DNA of 34,977 bases from Alphaproteobacteria bacterium (GCA_016869915.1 VGDA01000002.1:1-34977), one strand, 5' to 3'. Positions 8,149 through 17,423 are shown, numbered from the stretch's first letter. Numbers and translations: made by a program. The notes: a model not told the origin generated them from the letters alone.

Positions 8149-9741
8149 TCAGGCTGCGCTTGCGCCGCCCCCGTCGCGCAGGCTGCGACGCAGCACCTTG
8201 CCCATCGAGTTGCGCGGCAGCGCCGCCACGAACCGGATCTCCTTCGGCGCCTTGTAGCGCGACAGCGACGCGCGGCAGGCCTCGACGAGGTCAGCCTCGC
8301 CCGCGTTCATGCCCTCGCGCAGCGCGACGAAGGCCGTCACCGCCTCGCCCCAGTAGGGATGCGGCAGGCCGACGACGGCGCATTCGCGCACGGCCGGGTG
8401 CGCGAGCAGCACCTCCTCGACCTCGCGCGGATAGACGTTCTCGCCGCCGGTGATGATCATGTCGTTCTTGCGGTCGACGAGGTAGAGGAACCCCTCGTCG
8501 TCCATGCGCGCGAGGTCGCCGGTCACGAACCAGTCGCCGCGCATCGCCTTCGCGGTCGCCTCGGGCATGTTGAGGTAGCCGGAGAACATGTAGGGCGAGG
8601 TGCAGGCGAGCTCGCCCACCTCGCCGCGGGGCAGTTCCGCGCCATCCTCGCCCAGGATCATGACCTGCGTGGCGGGAAGCGGCTGGCCGACGCACTGGAT
8701 CTTGCGGAGCTGGTCGGCGGGGCGCAGCGCGGTGACGATCGACGTCAGCTGGTCGGCGGGGCGCAGCGCGGTGACGATCGACGTCTCCGTGCAGCCATAG
8801 CGCTCGTAGAGCCTGCCCTCGCCGAAGAAGTCGATCACGCGCTCCTTCGTCGACTGCGCGAGCGGCGCGGTGCCCGAGACGACCGCCTTGAGCGACGACA
8901 CGTCGTAGCGCCGCGCGGCATCGCCCATCGCGAAGAGCGCCGCGAAATGCGTCGGCACCATGTAGGTGTTGGTCGCGCGGATCGACTGGATCGTGTCCAT
9001 AATCCGCTCGATGTCGAAGCGCGGCAGCAGCTCGACGAAGCCGCCGAAATGCAGCGGCGTCAGCGTCATCAGGAAGCCCGCGCCATGGAAGAGCGGCGTC
9101 AGCGTGATGGCGCGGTCGTCGGGACCGTAGCAGCCATGGTCGGCGCCGATCGCATAGGCGGAGAGAACGCGCCCGCGATGCGAGAGCATCACGCCCTTGC
9201 CGCGGCCGGTCGAGCCGGAGGTATAGGGGATGGAGAAGACGTCGCTCTCCTGCGTAGGCACCGGGCAGGTCGCGTCCGAGGCCCGCGCGAGCGCGTCCTC
9301 GTAGGCGTCCGACAGCACGACGACATGCGCGACGCAGTCCGGCAGCGCGGCGCGCGCCTTCGCCTCGAGCGAGGGATCGACGAAGATCGCGCGCGCGCCC
9401 GTGTCCTCGCACGCGAAGCGTATCTCGGCCTCGGACGCGGCCGGGCCGATCGTCGCGCAGGCGACGCCCGCGAGCGACGCGCCGCAGACGATCTCGATGT
9501 ACTCGACGCGGTTGGGAAGCAGGACGACGACGCGCTCGCCATGCGCGAGGCCCAGCCCCGCATGGACGAGGTTGGCGACGCGCCTGATCCTCTCGGCAAG
9601 GCGCGCATAGGTGAGACCGCGCCCGCTCTCGCGTATCGCGAGGCGGTCGGGTGTGCGTCGTGCCGCGGACAGGATCCCGTCGGAGATCGTGATCCCGCGC
9701 GAATTCCCCGGCCGCCGCGTCCGCAGGTCCCCGGCGCTCAT
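8149..9741 (-). CDS. AMP-dependent acyl-CoA synthetase/ligase; carries an in-frame 39-bp tandem duplication
   Basis: AMP-binding motifs YTSGSTGRGKGV, YERYGCTE and TGDLARMDDEGFLYLVDRKNDMIITGGENVYPREVE. The likely start MSAGDLR at 9739-9741 overlaps the upstream gene's stop (ATGA). TSIVTALRPADQL is repeated twice. Confidence 0.88.
   Translation of the reverse strand: MSAGDLRTRRPGNSRGITISDGILSAARRTPDRLAIRESGRGLTYARLAERIRRVANLVHAGLGLAHGERVVVLLPNRVEYIEIVCGASLAGVACATIGPAASEAEIRFACEDTGARAIFVDPSLEAKARAALPDCVAHVVVLSDAYEDALARASDATCPVPTQESDVFSIPYTSGSTGRGKGVMLSHRGRVLSAYAIGADHGCYGPDDRAITLTPLFHGAGFLMTLTPLHFGGFVELLPRFDIERIMDTIQSIRATNTYMVPTHFAALFAMGDAARRYDVSSLKAVVSGTAPLAQSTKERVIDFFGEGRLYERYGCTETSIVTALRPADQLTSIVTALRPADQLRKIQCVGQPLPATQVMILGEDGAELPRGEVGELACTSPYMFSGYLNMPEATAKAMRGDWFVTGDLARMDDEGFLYLVDRKNDMIITGGENVYPREVEEVLLAHPAVRECAVVGLPHPYWGEAVTAFVALREGMNAGEADLVEACRASLSRYKAPKEIRFVAALPRNSMGKVLRRSLRDGGGASAA
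8708..8785. repeat. Tandem duplication, 39 bp x2, identical (in-frame, acyl-CoA synthetase)
   Basis: agctggtcggcggggcgcagcgcggtgacgatcgacgtc occurs at 8708-8746 and 8747-8785. Confidence 0.95.
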
Positions 9742-9800
9742 GGTGCGAGGAAGCGCGCGATGGCGGCCGCGCGCTCGTCGGCGGAGCCCGGGCGCTCGAC

Positions 9801-9822
9801 GACCGCATGGCGACCGCATGGC
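9801..9822. repeat. Tandem duplication, 11 bp x2, identical (frame-breaking, 3' end of the double hydrolase gene)
   Basis: gaccgcatggc occurs at 9801-9811 and 9812-9822. Confidence 0.85.
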
Positions 9823-10660
9823 TCATCGCCGACGCGGCGCCATCGAGGCAGGGCGCGTGGATGTCGTCCGGCGCGGACAGCAGCAGCGTCGGCCGGTCCG
9901 GCAGCTCCGCCATGCGCTCGCGCAGCGGGTAGGACATCACGGCCTCCCAGGTCGGCGCGTAGCCACGCGGATGCTTGAGCATCTCGCGCGCCCTCAGCGT
10001 CAGCGAGGCCGGGTCGATGCGCGGCGCGGTCCTGCGTGCGTTCTCGCGCCGCCGGTCGTGCCAGGGCTGCCAGAGCTCCTGGTCGCGCAGGTGGTGCCAG
10101 GCTCGCAGCAGGTGCGTGCCGTCCATCTCCGGCGCGGCCGAAGGAGCCGGCACGGACAGGAGCGCGGCGCGCGCGACGGGGTCGAGCGCGGGCGGACCGT
10201 CGAAGGCGACGCGCCGGAAGCGTGCTGGCGCGCGGCGCAGGAGCTCGACGGCGAGCACCGCGGAGCCCCCGCAGGCCAGCAGGTCGAAGACCGGCGCGTC
10301 ATGCGCACCGAGCGCGCCGAGCAGCGCCGAGCAATATCCGTCCCAGCGCTGCGCGGCGTCGCCGGTGGCCGGGCGGGACTGGCCATGGCCGGGCAGGTCG
10401 AAGCCGAGCACGCGCCTGTCGCGCGCCAGCTCCGACATCAGTCCCTCGACCAGCGCCGTCGAGCCCGGCAGCGGATGCAGGCAGAGCAACGGCGGCTCGC
10501 CGATGCGCGCGGTGCCGCCGCTGCGCATGAACAGCGGCCCCTGCGGTCCATTCGCGTAGTCGGTGACGAGCCGACCGGCGATCGGCGCGCAGGCGGGCGC
10601 CGGAGGCGGCACGTCGCCGAGATGGCGCGAGAGCAGGTCGCGCTCGCGCACCGTCGCCGA

Positions 10661-10772
10661 GACCGGGTCGCGCGGCGTCTCCTCCAGCCACGCGCCGGTT
10701 CCGTCATAGGCGGGCTGACCGGGTCGCGCGGCGTCTCCTCCAGCCACGCGCCGGTTCCGTCATAGGCGGGCT
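10661..10772. repeat. Tandem duplication, 56 bp x2, identical (frame-breaking, linker of the double hydrolase gene)
   Basis: gaccgggtcgcgcggcgtctcctccagccacgcgccggttccgtcataggcgggct occurs at 10661-10716 and 10717-10772. Confidence 0.97.
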
Positions 10773-11151
10773 TCGTGCGATGGAGGCTGTCGCCCGGCCG
10801 CACCGCGAAGCAGACCGGCACCTTGAGGTCGGCGAGCACGCCGAGCCCTCGGCCACGGAACGCAGCCGCATAGCCGACGCGGTACTCGTCGCCCGCGTCG
10901 AGCAGGTCGATGACGCCCTGGTGGAGGAAGTCCGCATCGGGCACGTCGGTGTCCGCGCGATGCGCGAGGTCGTGGTCGTGCCACGGCCAGAAGACATGCT
11001 GCTCGCGATAGCGGTACCAGAGCCAGAGCAGGTGGCTGCCGTCCCATTTCGGCACGAGCGGCTCGAGGTAGCGCTTGAGCCGGTCCTGCGCCTGCGCGCC
11101 CGAATAGGCGGGATAGCCGTCGGCGAGCGCCATGGCGCAGCGATCGGGATG

Positions 11152-11457
11152 GCGCGCGGCGAACTCGACGGCGATCGCCGCGCCGGTGTGGTTGCCGTAG
11201 ACCGCGGCGCGCCCGATGCCGAGCGCGGTCAGCGTCTCGGCCATCGCGTCGGCGAAGTCCCGGATCTCCGGCTGGGCGATGTCGAGGCGGTCCGACAGGC
11301 CGAAGCGGGCCGCGAACTCGACCGCGATCGCCGCGCCGGTGTGGTTGCCGTAGGCGGCGGCGCGCCCGATGCCGAGCGCGGTCAGCGTCTCGGCCATCGC
11401 GTCGGCGAAGTCCCGGATCTCCGGCTGGGCGATGTCGAGGCGGTCCGACAGGCCGAA
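11152..11457. repeat. Tandem duplication, 153 bp x2, 5 mismatches (in-frame, 51 aa, first hydrolase domain)
   Basis: 11152-11304 versus 11305-11457. Mismatches at 11155/11308, 11158/11311, 11170/11323, 11201/11354 and 11203/11356. The peptide FGLSDRLDIAQPEIRDFADAMAETLTALGIGRAA(A/V)YGNHTGAAIAVEFAAR occurs twice. Confidence 0.95.
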
Positions 11458-11636
11458 GCCCGGCGTGTCGAAGGCGAGCGCGGTGAAGCGCGTCGCGAAG
11501 ACCTCCTGCTGCATGCGCATGCGCGCCGCCGAGCAGGGCGAGGGATGGAAGAGGCAGACCGCGGGGCCCGACCCGGCGCGCGTGTAGTGCACGCGGCGCT
11601 TGCCGACGGTGACGAAATGGCTGGTGACGCGCGTGC

Positions 11637-13193
11637 TCATGCCGGTCCTCTCCCCTCCCCTGCCGCCCCGAGGCCGAGCACGCCGGGATTCATCCGGCCG
11701 CCCGGGTCGAGCGCGAGCTTGATGCGATGCGCCAGCGCGGCGGCGGCGGGATCGAGAGCCTCCGCGTAGCGATAGAAGCGCCCGAGCTGCGCGTGGACCG
11801 CGCCATGCGCGTCGAGCGCGTCGCGCATGGCCTCGCGCAGGCGCCGCGCGAGCGCGCGTCCCGACGGGTTCGCGGCGAAGGCGCCGAAGCGCGCGCGGTT
11901 ACGCCCGGACATGTGAGCGAGATGGATCGGGTCGAGCGCGTCGGGCCAGTAGAACATCGGCTCGATCGTGACATGCGGCCCGGTCGAGGCGACGAGCCAG
12001 TTCACCGCCATCCCCGCGTCGTCGAGCGCCGCGCGCTCGGCCTCCGCCATCGCCTCGAGCGCGGCAAGGGCCGCGGCGGCGCGCGACAGCGGCAGGATGC
12101 CGTGCACCGGCACCCAGCGCTCGCCCTGCGGCCCGACCATGCCGCGGATCGAGAAGGGCCGCGCGCGCAGGGTGCGCGGGACCACGGCATCGACCTCGCG
12201 GCCCGCGGCGCAGTAGCCACGCACGGCCTCGATGCGCTCGGCCGCGGCGCGCTCGCTCTCCGCCTCGGCCGTGACATGCAGCGACCATGGCGCGTCGTCG
12301 CCGCCGCCAAGGCCAGCCTTCGCGAGGCGCGCCGCGTCGCGCAGCGCCTGGACCGGCGACGTGGCGGCGGCGACCACGGCGCCCAGCGTGCGCGCGGCCT
12401 CGCCCGCGTCGAGGCTGCGCGCGCCCTCCGACCTCAGCCGGTCGAGCGCGAAGGCGCGCGTCGCGGCGCCCGCGCGCATCGTCGCGACCATCGCCTCCGC
12501 GATGTCGCTGCCGCGCGCGAAGGCGAAGGACGCGAAGGCGGCGGGCCGCTCCGGCACGAGGCGCAGCGCGAGCTCGGTCTTGATGCCGAAGGCGCCGCAA
12601 TCGCCGAGGAACAGGCCGGTCAGGTCCGGCCCGTGATGGCGCCAGGACCCCTCGCCGCCCGGCTGCGCGAGCGCGCCGGCGCGCGCGAGGCTGCCATCCG
12701 CCAGCACCGCCTCGACGCCGATGAAGCCCTCCATCGAGCCGGGAAGGTTCTGCGACGCCGCGCCGCCGATGGTGGAGTGGCTGCCGCTGATGGGCGCCGC
12801 GACCGCCGCGCGCAGGCCGTGGCGCGACGCGGCCTCGGCCAGCGCCTCCCAGGTCGCGCCCGCGCCGACGCGCGCGCGCAGGTCGCCGGCATCGATCGAG
12901 ACATGGTCGAGCCGCCGCGTGTCGAGCACCGCGACGCGCGGTGCATGCGGCACGGCGCCGCCGGTATAGGAAAGCCCGGCGCCACGCGGCACGACCGAGA
13001 AGCCAGCGGCGGCGAGCAGCCGCACGGCCTCGGCTGCCTCGGCCGCGGAGCCGGGGCGCAGCAGGAGGTCCGGCGGCACCGCGCCCGGCCACTCGAAGAC
13101 GTCGGATCCGGCGAGCGCCAGTTCGGCCGGATCGCGCGATACATGCGCCTCGCCCAGCGCGGCCGCGAGCGCGTCGCGCAGCGCCGCGCTCAT
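11637..13193 (-). CDS. FAD-binding oxidoreductase (PCMH-type FAD_binding_4 / GlcD-like)
   Basis: Starts MSAALRDAL at 13191-13193 inside the longer 723-aa ORF. Has VVPRGAGLSYTGG and GPDLTGLFLGDCGAFGI motifs typical of FAD-linked oxidases. ATGA overlaps occur at both ends (13190-13193 and 11637-11640). Confidence 0.8.
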   Translation of the reverse strand: MSAALRDALAAALGEAHVSRDPAELALAGSDVFEWPGAVPPDLLLRPGSAAEAAEAVRLLAAAGFSVVPRGAGLSYTGGAVPHAPRVAVLDTRRLDHVSIDAGDLRARVGAGATWEALAEAASRHGLRAAVAAPISGSHSTIGGAASQNLPGSMEGFIGVEAVLADGSLARAGALAQPGGEGSWRHHGPDLTGLFLGDCGAFGIKTELALRLVPERPAAFASFAFARGSDIAEAMVATMRAGAATRAFALDRLRSEGARSLDAGEAARTLGAVVAAATSPVQALRDAARLAKAGLGGGDDAPWSLHVTAEAESERAAAERIEAVRGYCAAGREVDAVVPRTLRARPFSIRGMVGPQGERWVPVHGILPLSRAAAALAALEAMAEAERAALDDAGMAVNWLVASTGPHVTIEPMFYWPDALDPIHLAHMSGRNRARFGAFAANPSGRALARRLREAMRDALDAHGAVHAQLGRFYRYAEALDPAAAALAHRIKLALDPGGRMNPGVLGLGAAGEGRGPA

Positions 13194-14158
13194 CCCGGCA
13201 GCTTGAACAGCCGCAGCGCGTTGTCCCGCAGGATCTTGCGCAGCGGCACGGGCCGGAAGGCCAGCGCCTCGACCTCCTGCATCGCGCGCTCCGGCTCGAT
13301 GACGGAGAAGTCGGTGCCGAAGAGGAACTTGTCCTGCCCGAAGGTGTTGGCGAAGTGCACGACGCTGGCGGGCCAGTGCTTGGGCGCGTAGGCGTCCCCC
13401 GCCATGAACACGTTCGGGTGCTTGAAGGCGACGGCGACCATCTCCTCGTGCCACGGCCAGCCGAGATGGATCCCGATGATGTTCAGCTCGGGGAAGTCGA
13501 GCGCGACGCGGTCGAGCGCGATTGGCCGGCCGACGGAGGGCAGCCGCCGGTCCTTCGAGTAGAGGAGGCAGTGCCCGACCTGCAGCATGATCGGGATGCC
13601 GAGTTCGGCGCAGCGTGCGTAGTAGGGATAGAAGATCGCGGCGTCGGGCGCGGCCTCGAACCAGTGCGGGTAGAGATGCGCGCCGACGAAGCCGTATTCG
13701 TGCACGGCGCGGTCGAGTTCCTTCAGGCCCGCGATGCCGCGCGTCGGGTCGATCCCGGCCAGGCCGGAGAAGCGCCCGGGATGGGCGGCGCAGATGTCGC
13801 GCACCCATTCGTAGGGAATCTCGGTCGAGCCGCGGATCCTGCGGTCGCCGCAGCGCGCGGCGACGAGCAGCGTGCGCTCGATCCCGGCGCGGTCCTTCTT
13901 GTCGAGATAGGCCTCGATCGTGACGCCGCGACGCTGGCCCGGGTCGTAGCCGACCTTGTCGCGGAACCCGTCATCGACCGGGATGCGGCCCTCGGCGTAG
14001 GCCTCGGGCGTGTGGACATTGGCGACGATGTCGATCGCCCCGAAGCCGAGGCGGGTGCGCGAAGCGTCGAAGTCGTGGTGCGCCACGTCCTGTGCCTCCG
14101 GGGCGAGTCGATGCGAGCAGCGATCAAGGCGGAACGCGCCGGGCATGGCAAGGCCCAA
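13190..14158 (-). CDS. Amidohydrolase-2 family metal-dependent hydrolase/decarboxylase (ACMSD/LigW/LigI-like)
   Basis: 322-aa ORF with N-terminal AIDIVANVHTPE, GFVGAHLYPH and C-terminal FLFGTDFS, resembling the amidohydrolase_2 fold. The start is uncertain and a later start is possible. Confidence 0.65.
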   Translation of the reverse strand: MGLAMPGAFRLDRCSHRLAPEAQDVAHHDFDASRTRLGFGAIDIVANVHTPEAYAEGRIPVDDGFRDKVGYDPGQRRGVTIEAYLDKKDRAGIERTLLVAARCGDRRIRGSTEIPYEWVRDICAAHPGRFSGLAGIDPTRGIAGLKELDRAVHEYGFVGAHLYPHWFEAAPDAAIFYPYYARCAELGIPIMLQVGHCLLYSKDRRLPSVGRPIALDRVALDFPELNIIGIHLGWPWHEEMVAVAFKHPNVFMAGDAYAPKHWPASVVHFANTFGQDKFLFGTDFSVIEPERAMQEVEALAFRPVPLRKILRDNALRLFKLPG

Positions 14159-14222
14159 ACCCCCTTCCCCGCCGCGCGGATCTGGACGACCCTTCGCGCC
14201 GGAGAACAGCGAGGGCAGGCAC

Positions 14223-15432
14223 GTGCCGATCCAGATCCCGTCCGAGGACGACCATCGCGACCTGCGCGACGCCGTGCGGTCGCTCTGCGCGCGCTTCGAC
14301 GGCGCCTACTGGCGGCGCGTCGACGAGGCGCGCGGCTATCCCGAGGAATTCGTCGCCGCGCTGACCGGCGCCGGATGGCTCGCGGCGCTCGTGCCCGAGG
14401 AACATGGCGGCGCGGGTCTCGGCTTGACCGAGGCCTCCATCGTCATGGAGGAGATCAACCGCTCGGGCGGCAACTCGGGCGCGGTCCACGGCCAGATGTA
14501 CAACATGTCGACGCTGCTGCGCGCCGGCTCGCCGGAGCAGAAGGCACGCTACCTGCCGCGCATCGCGTCGGGCGAGCTGCGCCTGCAGTCGATGGCCGTC
14601 ACCGAGCCGACCACGGGCACCGACACGACGAAGCTGCGCACGACCGCGACGCGCCGCGGCGACCGCTGGGTCCTGAACGGCCAGAAGGTCTGGACCTCGC
14701 GCCTGCAGCATTCAGACCTGATGATCGTGCTGGCGCGCACGACGCCGATCGAGCGGGTGCGCAGGAAGTCGGAGGGGCTCTCGGTCTTCCTCGTCGACGT
14801 GCGCGAGGCGCTGGCCGGCGGCATGTCCGTGCGCCCGATCCGCAACATGGTGAACCACGAGACCAACGAGGTCTTCTTCGACGGCGTCGAGATCCCCGGC
14901 GACGCGCTGGTGGGGGAGCAGGATCGCGGCTTCCGCATCATCCTCGAGGGACTGAACGCGGAGCGCGTGCTGATCGCCGCGGAATGCGTCGGCGACGCGT
15001 ACTGGTTCGTCGACCGCGCGCGCGCCTATGCCGGCGAGCGCGTCGTCTTCGACCGGCCGATCGGCCGGAACCGGCGAGCGCGTCGTCTTCGACCGGCCGA
15101 TCGGCCGGAACCAGGGCATCCAGTTCCCGATCGCGCGCGCCTACGTCAACGCGCGCGCCGCAGACGCGATGCGCTACCAGGCGGCTGCGCTGCACGACGC
15201 GGGCCGCCCCTACGGCGCCGAGGCAAACATGGCGAAGCTGCTCTGCGCCGACGCATCCTGGGAGGCGGCGAATGCCTGCCTGCAGACGCATGGCGGCTTC
15301 GGCTTCGCCGCCGAGTACGACATCGAGCGCAAGTTCAGGGAGACCCGGCTCTACCAGGTCGCCCCGATCTCGACGAACCTCATCCTCGCCTACGTGGGCG
15401 AGCACGTGCTCGGCATGCCGCGCTCCTACTGA
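14223..15432 (+). pseudogene. Acyl-CoA dehydrogenase; frame broken as written by a 40-bp tandem duplication
   Basis: GTG at 14223 with GAGGG upstream. The N-terminal and middle domains lie in the frame of ORF 14010-15518 (...AYAGERVVFDRPIGRN). The C-terminal domain lies in ORF 15028-15432 (GERVVFDRPIGRNQGIQFPIA...HGGFGFAAEYDIERKFRETRLYQVAP...). GERVVFDRPIGRN is shared at the repeat. Confidence 0.85.
15031..15110. repeat. Tandem duplication, 40 bp x2, identical (frame-breaking, acyl-CoA dehydrogenase)
   Basis: ccggcgagcgcgtcgtcttcgaccggccgatcggccggaa occurs at 15031-15070 and 15071-15110. Confidence 0.97.
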
Positions 15433-15447
15433 GCGCGGCCGCGCCGC

Positions 15448-16566
15448 TCAGGTCTCCAGCGCCTTGGCCGGGTCCTCGAACGCCTCGCCCAGCGCCGCGG
15501 CCACCGCCGCGTGCGTGATCCTGCCGCCATGGACGTTGAGGCCGTTGCGCAGGTGCGGGTCCTCGGCCAGCGCGCGCATCGCGCCCTTGTCCGCAAGCGC
15601 CAGCACGTAGGGCAGCGTCGCGTTGTTGAGCGCGACGGCCGAGGTGCGCGGCACGCCGCCCGGCATGTTCGTCACGCAATAGTGGATGACGTCGTCGACG
15701 ACGTAGGTCGGCTCGTCATGCGTGGTCGGGCGCGAGGTCTCGAAGCAGCCGCCCTGGTCGATGGCGACGTCGACGACGACGGAGCCCGGCTTCATCCGCC
15801 GGATGAGGTCGGCGCCGACCAGCCTCGGCGCCGCGGCGCCGGGGATCAGCACCCCGCCGATGACGAGGTCGGCCGCGGCGACGTGCTGCTCGACCGCGTC
15901 GCGGGTCGAGAACACGGTGTTGAGCGGCCGGTCGAACTGGGTCCAGAGGCGGCGCAGCACGTCGACGCTGCGGTCGAGCACCCAGACATCCGCGCCCATG
16001 CCGAGCGCGATGTGGACGGCGTGCGTGCCCACCACGCCGCCGCCCAGCACGACGACCTTCGCGGGATCGACGCCGGGCACGCCGCCGAGCAGCATGCCGA
16101 GGCCGCCATGCGCCTTCTCCAGGAAATAGGCGCCGACCTGGATCGACATCCGTCCCGCGACCTCGGACATCGGCGCGAGCAGCGGCAGCCCTCCGGATGG
16201 CGAGGTCACCGTCTCGTAGGCGATGCAGGTCGCGCCGCTGCGCATGAGGTCGTGCGCCTGCGCCGGGTCGGGCGCGAGGTGCAGGTAGGTGAACAGGACC
16301 TGCCCGCGCCGCAGCATCGCGCGCTCCGCGGCCAGCGGCTCCTTCACCTTCACGATCATGTCGGCCGCGGCGAACACCGAGGCGGCATCGGCCGCGATCC
16401 GCGCGCCCGCCGCCTCGTAGTGTGCGTCGGTCATGCCGATGCCGGCGCCGGCGCCGCGCTCGACGACGACCTGGTGGCCATGCGCGACGACCTCGCGGAC
16501 ATTCGTGGGCGTGAGCCCCACCCTGTACTCGCGGACCTTGATCTCCTTCGGAACGCCGATGAGCAT
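15448..16566 (-). CDS. ald: Alanine dehydrogenase
   Basis: [21 protein letters not shown]-terminus, [16 protein letters not shown]-binding motif and [10 protein letters not shown] prefer the start at 16564-16566. Confidence 0.92.
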   Translation of the reverse strand: MLIGVPKEIKVREYRVGLTPTNVREVVAHGHQVVVERGAGAGIGMTDAHYEAAGARIAADAASVFAAADMIVKVKEPLAAERAMLRRGQVLFTYLHLAPDPAQAHDLMRSGATCIAYETVTSPSGGLPLLAPMSEVAGRMSIQVGAYFLEKAHGGLGMLLGGVPGVDPAKVVVLGGGVVGTHAVHIALGMGADVWVLDRSVDVLRRLWTQFDRPLNTVFSTRDAVEQHVAAADLVIGGVLIPGAAAPRLVGADLIRRMKPGSVVVDVAIDQGGCFETSRPTTHDEPTYVVDDVIHYCVTNMPGGVPRTSAVALNNATLPYVLALADKGAMRALAEDPHLRNGLNVHGGRITHAAVAAALGEAFEDPAKALET

Positions 16567-16623
16567 GGGACCTCCCAGGGGCAGAGCTGCCTCGATACTA
16601 TCCCGCCAGCATGGGGTGTTCAC

Positions 16624-17423
16624 GTGACCAAAGCGTTGCGAGGCGCCATCTACCCAGACCTCGAGGGCAAGGCCGTTCTGGTCACGGGCGGCGGCTCGGG
16701 CATTGGCGCCGCCATCGTCCGCGCCTTCGCCCGGCAGAAGGCCCTCGTGGGCTTCGTCGACGTCAAGCGCGCGGAGTCCGAGGCCCTCGTCGCGGAACTG
16801 CGCGCCGGCGGCGCGCGGGTCGCCTTCGCGCCGGCGGCGCGCGGGTCGCCTTCGCGCAGGCCGACATCACCGACACGGCCGCCCTGCGCGCGGCGATCGC
16901 GGCGCTGCGCGCCGAGATCGGCGCCTTCGCGGTGCTGGTCAACAACGCGGCGCACGACGAGCGCCACCGGACCGAGGACGTGACCCCGGAATACTGGGAC
17001 CAGCGCATCGCGGTGAACCTCAAGCACCAGTTCTTCGCCGCGCAGGCCGTCCTGCCCGACATGAAGGCCGCGGGCGCCGGCGCGATCGTCAATTTCGGCT
17101 CCACCTCCTGGATGGCGGGCCAGGGCGGCATGGCGGCCTACACGGCGGCCAAGTCCGCTGTCCTCGGCCTCACCCGGTCGCTTGCCCGCGACTACGGGCC
17201 GCATGGCATCCGCGTGAACGCCATCGCGCCGGGCTGGATCATGACCGAACGGCAGGTCTCGCTCTGGCTGACCCCGGAGGGCGAGGCGGAGCTGATGCGC
17301 AGGCAATGCCTGAAGCGCAAGCTGGCCCCGGACGAGGTGGCGCGCTTCACCGTCTTCCTCGCCTCCGAGGAGGCCTCGGCCTGCACCGCCCAGCACTACG
17401 TGGTCGACGGCGGCTGGACCTGA
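16624..17423 (+). pseudogene. Short-chain dehydrogenase/reductase (SDR); frame broken as written by a 26-bp tandem duplication
   Basis: GTG at 16624. The N-terminus VLVTGGGSGIGAAIV...AGGARVAF lies at the tail of ORF 15511-16983. The remainder (AGGARVAFAQADITD...NNAA...YTAAK...VVDGGWT) lies in ORF 16611-17423, in a different frame. Confidence 0.85.
16802..16853. repeat. Tandem duplication, 26 bp x2, identical (frame-breaking, SDR)
   Basis: gcgccggcggcgcgcgggtcgccttc occurs at 16802-16827 and 16828-16853. Confidence 0.93.

Larger units (their letters stand above)
9738..11640 (-). pseudogene. Two-domain (internally paralogous) alpha/beta-hydrolase-fold protein; frame broken as written by 56-bp and 11-bp tandem duplications, plus an in-frame 153-bp duplication
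   Basis: The N-terminal part is ORF 10438-11640 and continues in the N-terminal part of ORF 8291-10747, in another frame. The peptide PAYDGTGAWLEETPRDPVS is shared at the 56-bp repeat. Removing one 11-bp copy gives ...SAMSHAVVERPGSADERAAAIARFLAP with its stop at 9738-9740. Both halves share the W..W..R.Q..W.PWHD motif. Confidence 0.7.

Noticed and set aside
8291-10747. 818-aa ORF on the minus strand
   Set aside because: Only its first ~300 residues are real (the second alpha/beta-hydrolase domain). After the 11-bp duplication it runs out of frame across the acyl-CoA synthetase gene.
15431-15451. GC-rich near-palindrome (gagcgcggccgcgccgctc) between the convergent acyl-CoA dehydrogenase and ald genes
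   Set aside because: The symmetry is imperfect and the stem very short, with no U-tract. The genes are only 15 nt apart, so I do not call a terminator.
12941-15610. 889-aa plus-strand ORF, and the similar 24549-26426 minus-strand ORF
   Set aside because: Both overlap confidently called genes on the opposite strand or in another frame, and both are low-complexity Arg/Ala-rich. They are GC artefacts.
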